The notes beneath the pieces were generated by a model. It was not told the DNA's origin and ran no database searches. It worked only from the letters and a program-made list of their open reading frames with translations. Source: Marsupella aquatica (Eukaryota; Plantae; Marchantiophyta). From it: a stretch of DNA of 64,000 nucleotides. Positions 61,116 through 64,000 of the stretch are shown here, piece after piece. Both the position numbers and the translations under genes were made by a program. The DNA lies in assembly GCA_973895155.1 (NCBI GenBank), contig OZ316898.1, positions 20,533,292-20,597,291 on the forward strand. Direction: 5' to 3'. Every line of letters begins with the position of its first letter. The first letter of the stretch is position 1.

Positions 61116-64000
61116 TCATTTCCTTTTATACTTTCTTTTTCCTTTGTCTGTAGTACTTGGTCCAGGCTCCTGTCTAGTTATACAGGCTTCTGCCAACTCT
61201 ATGTGAAACTTAGCATTGTCATCCATAGACTTATCATGGAAATCAACTTCCATGTAATCACCCAGCACCCTTGTAGACCTGGATTCCTTGTGGAGGATTG
61301 TCCTCCATGCAATCCCCTTATCATTTGGGTAAAAAAACACCTGTTCTATCTGTCGTGGCAATACATAGTCCATTTTCTTGGAAGCACCCAGCTCCTTCTG
61401 AAAATTTACTTGCCACAATCCAGACGTATCATATCTCATACTTGCTGTGGCTTTGGGAGTCCAAGATGGGTTTGCCCACCTTCCTTTGAAAAGGACCACT
61501 TCCTTTATCAGAGGCCCATAGTTCAACACTAAGATGTCTGTCAACACCCCCACATATTGTACAGATTCATCTACTGTTGCCCCTGACCTAATGACCCGCT
61601 TCTCAGTGAATGTACAAGCCATCCCAGAATCAAAAGTCTTGAACCCAGACGAGTCACAATCAATCAAGGAACCTAGTGATGGAATGGTCCTCCAATGGTG
61701 CCCATAGGCTCTGCAGGCCCTGTACCGCAGTGCCTTCAGACTAGGTGGTACACTATACGCTGCCAACACCATTCGTTCAAACTCATTCTCAAAATTATGC
61801 CTTCTAATTGTCACTTCAAACCATTCTCTAAAAGGAGGCAACTCATCCAAATCAGAGGGATAAGGCACAGGATTCCTCCGATTTCCTGGATTCTTCATCC
61901 ATTCTTTCCGGAAATCTGCTCTGTGCTTGGTAACTGCCTCCTTTTGATCATCATAAACCCTGCATGGCAAGAATGACAGTCAGCTCCTAGGCCCACACAA
62001 TTTCTGCTCAAAACTCAATTCTGTTTAATAATAAACAACAGAGAACTTAACAATATAAACCATGCTCATACCTATACCATGGTTCCACCAGCTCTTCATT
62101 CTCTAGTATGTAATGATGCATAGCTATCATATCATTCCACTCCAAGGTGATCTATTTTCCAGCTCCTTCCAAGACAATGCCTGCAACACCAGGATTCTCC
62201 TCCAAGTCCCATGTTCTCATTCCTGTCCCCTTAACATCGATCATGTATTCAGAAAGGAATCCTAAAGATTCATCTAGAAGGTAGCCTTCAGCCATAGAAG
62301 CCTCTGGACGTGCCTTGTTTCGAACATAACCCTTCAAGGTCTTTAGATATCTTTCTATTGGGTACATCCATCTAATGTTCACTGGACCACAGATGTCTAG
62401 TTCCTGAACCAGATGAATCAACAGATGGGTCATGACATCAAAGAAGCTTGGTGGGAAATGAATTTCCATAAGGCAGAGTGTGAATGCAACATCCATCATC
62501 ACAGAGTCGTACTGTGAGGGATCCCAAACCTTGGCACAGATGGTACGCCACACATTGCTCACTCTGGCTATGGCCAACCGAACACCTTCATCAAGTAATC
62601 CCATTGTTGCCAATGGAAGGATTTGTTGCATGAGGTGATGGAAATCGTGAGATTTCAGCCCTGATAACTTCTTCTTAACTGTGACACATTTAGCCAAAGA
62701 ACTGCTGAAACCAGTGGGCCCTTTAAAGGTCAACAATACCTCTAAGAACTTAGTCTTCTCTGTCTTACTGAGGCAGTATGGGGCTGGCGGCATGATCTTT
62801 GAATCTTTTTTTGGATCTGGATTTGGAACCAGCCACAGGTGTTCCCGCACGTCCATGACTTTCATGTCTTCTCGAACAGAAGGAGTATCCTTTGTCCCCA
62901 AAATAGTGTGCACGATGTTGTGTGCAAGATTCTTCTCACAGTGCATGGGATCCAAACAATGGTTGATGAGAAGTTTCTGCATTGGACGCACAGTTCAGTA
63001 CAAACTAAGTTAGAATAAGAAATGTTACTCCTTGCTACTTAACATTAATACACACTGAGGGATTCAGTATGGGAAACCAGATACTTACACTCCAGTACGG
63101 CAGCTTGTATAATCCAGTAACCCTCTTCACTCCATTCTTCTTTACTGGAGAGTTTTCATCATCCAGCGCATTCCCTGGTTTCTTCTCCACATATTTAGCG
63201 GCCTTTTCTCCCCAACGTTTCCTATCAGAGCTGGACACTCTACACGGTGCATCTCGTGCCTCTACCTCACCATTAAAGTATTTTGCCACTTCCTCTTTGC
63301 AAAAATAGTGCCTCTATGGTAACCAGCGACGATGGCCAGCAAACAGTAACTTGCCCAACTGTTTTGAACCATGTGCCACACAATTTGGCCCACAAACCAC
63401 ACATCCTTTGTACCCTGCATGTTGTTGGCCAGAGACTAATCCATATGCAGGATAATCATTGATTGTCCACAATACTGAAGCCCTTAGCTTGAACTCTTGC
63501 TGCAATCCTAGCCTTGGTAGAACATCAAAACAATCTACTCCTTCTGACCATAATGTCTCAAGATCATCCACAAGTGGAGCCATGTATACATCAAATTGTT
63601 CCTCGCTTACAGACACAGGACCTGGAATTAGAAGAGCCAGCATGACAAAGAACTTCTTTGTGGAAAGCCAAGGAGGGATATTATAATTCAACAGCAGGAT
63701 TGGCCATGTAGACCAGGCAGTAGAATTATTCCCAAATGGATTTACCCCATCAAGTGCCAATCCCATTCGCACATTCCTTGGCTCAACAGCAAAAGCAGGG
63801 TCGATCTCTGTGTCCACATGTTTCCATGCCTTTGAATCTGCTGGATGTCGGACCATGTTGTCCTTGCTCTTGTTCTCATGATGCCAAGTCATTAGCTTAG
63901 ATGTACCCTTAGTGGCATACAATCTCTTCAATCGAGGGATTATAGGGAAATATCTCAAGACCTTCACAGGTTGTAAAGAATTCCCCACTAACTTCATCTT
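61116..64000 (-). pseudogene. CACTA TnpD/Tnp2-like transposase (Transposase_21, DUF4218, DUF4216-like regions), partial, with two in-frame TAG stops
   Basis: VLRYFPIIPRLKRL, RHPADSKAWK, RNVRMGLALDGVNPF, WTINDYPAYG, LDPMHCEKN, GLKSHDFH, FPPSFFDVMTHLLIHL, RWMYPIERYLKTLKGYVRNKARPEASMAEGY, YVGVLTDI...LFKGRW. TAG stops at 63314-63316 and 62152-62154, with introns near 62980-63090 and 61960-62070. Confidence 0.93.

Larger units (their letters stand above)
56990..64000 (-). mobile_element. CACTA (En/Spm) DNA transposon, continuing beyond the window
   Basis: Terminus CACTAGTGGAAAA at 56990, many subterminal AATGAC/GTCATT motifs (57010-57330), and TnpD-like and TnpA-like genes on the minus strand. 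Confidence 0.95.

Overview
Eukaryotic land-plant nuclear DNA with GT-AG introns and abundant transposons. A liverwort-like genome is my impression only, not something the sequence proves. The left ~41 kb holds host genes on the + strand among old repeat debris. These are an 8-exon NAD+ carrier (NDT-type mitochondrial carrier, 9781-13270), an intronless F-box/WD40 gene (FBX2/At5g21040-like, 22955-24865), an intronless PRP38B/SRL1-like splicing factor (30087-31229), a doubly frameshifted GT37 fucosyltransferase (33785-35549) and a probable spliced orphan gene for a single-pass membrane protein (38557-40587). Two copies of one short tRNA-derived SINE family are present (21351-21478; 44204-44376 with a 17-bp TSD). 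The right ~16 kb is a transposon nest built on a minus-strand L1-clade LINE (48545-56989). Its ORF2 is split by a 3.9-kb TG...CA element with a 5-bp TSD (50329-54251), and its ORF1 is cut by a CACTA element (56990 to beyond the window end). The most unusual item is the 3.9-kb insert. It has the ends and TSD of an LTR retrotransposon but no gag, pol or paired LTRs, so it looks like a solo LTR, yet it contains a TATA box and a degenerate ~850-codon gene (plant-transposon-protein-like domain plus coiled coil). All calls were made by eye without database searches.
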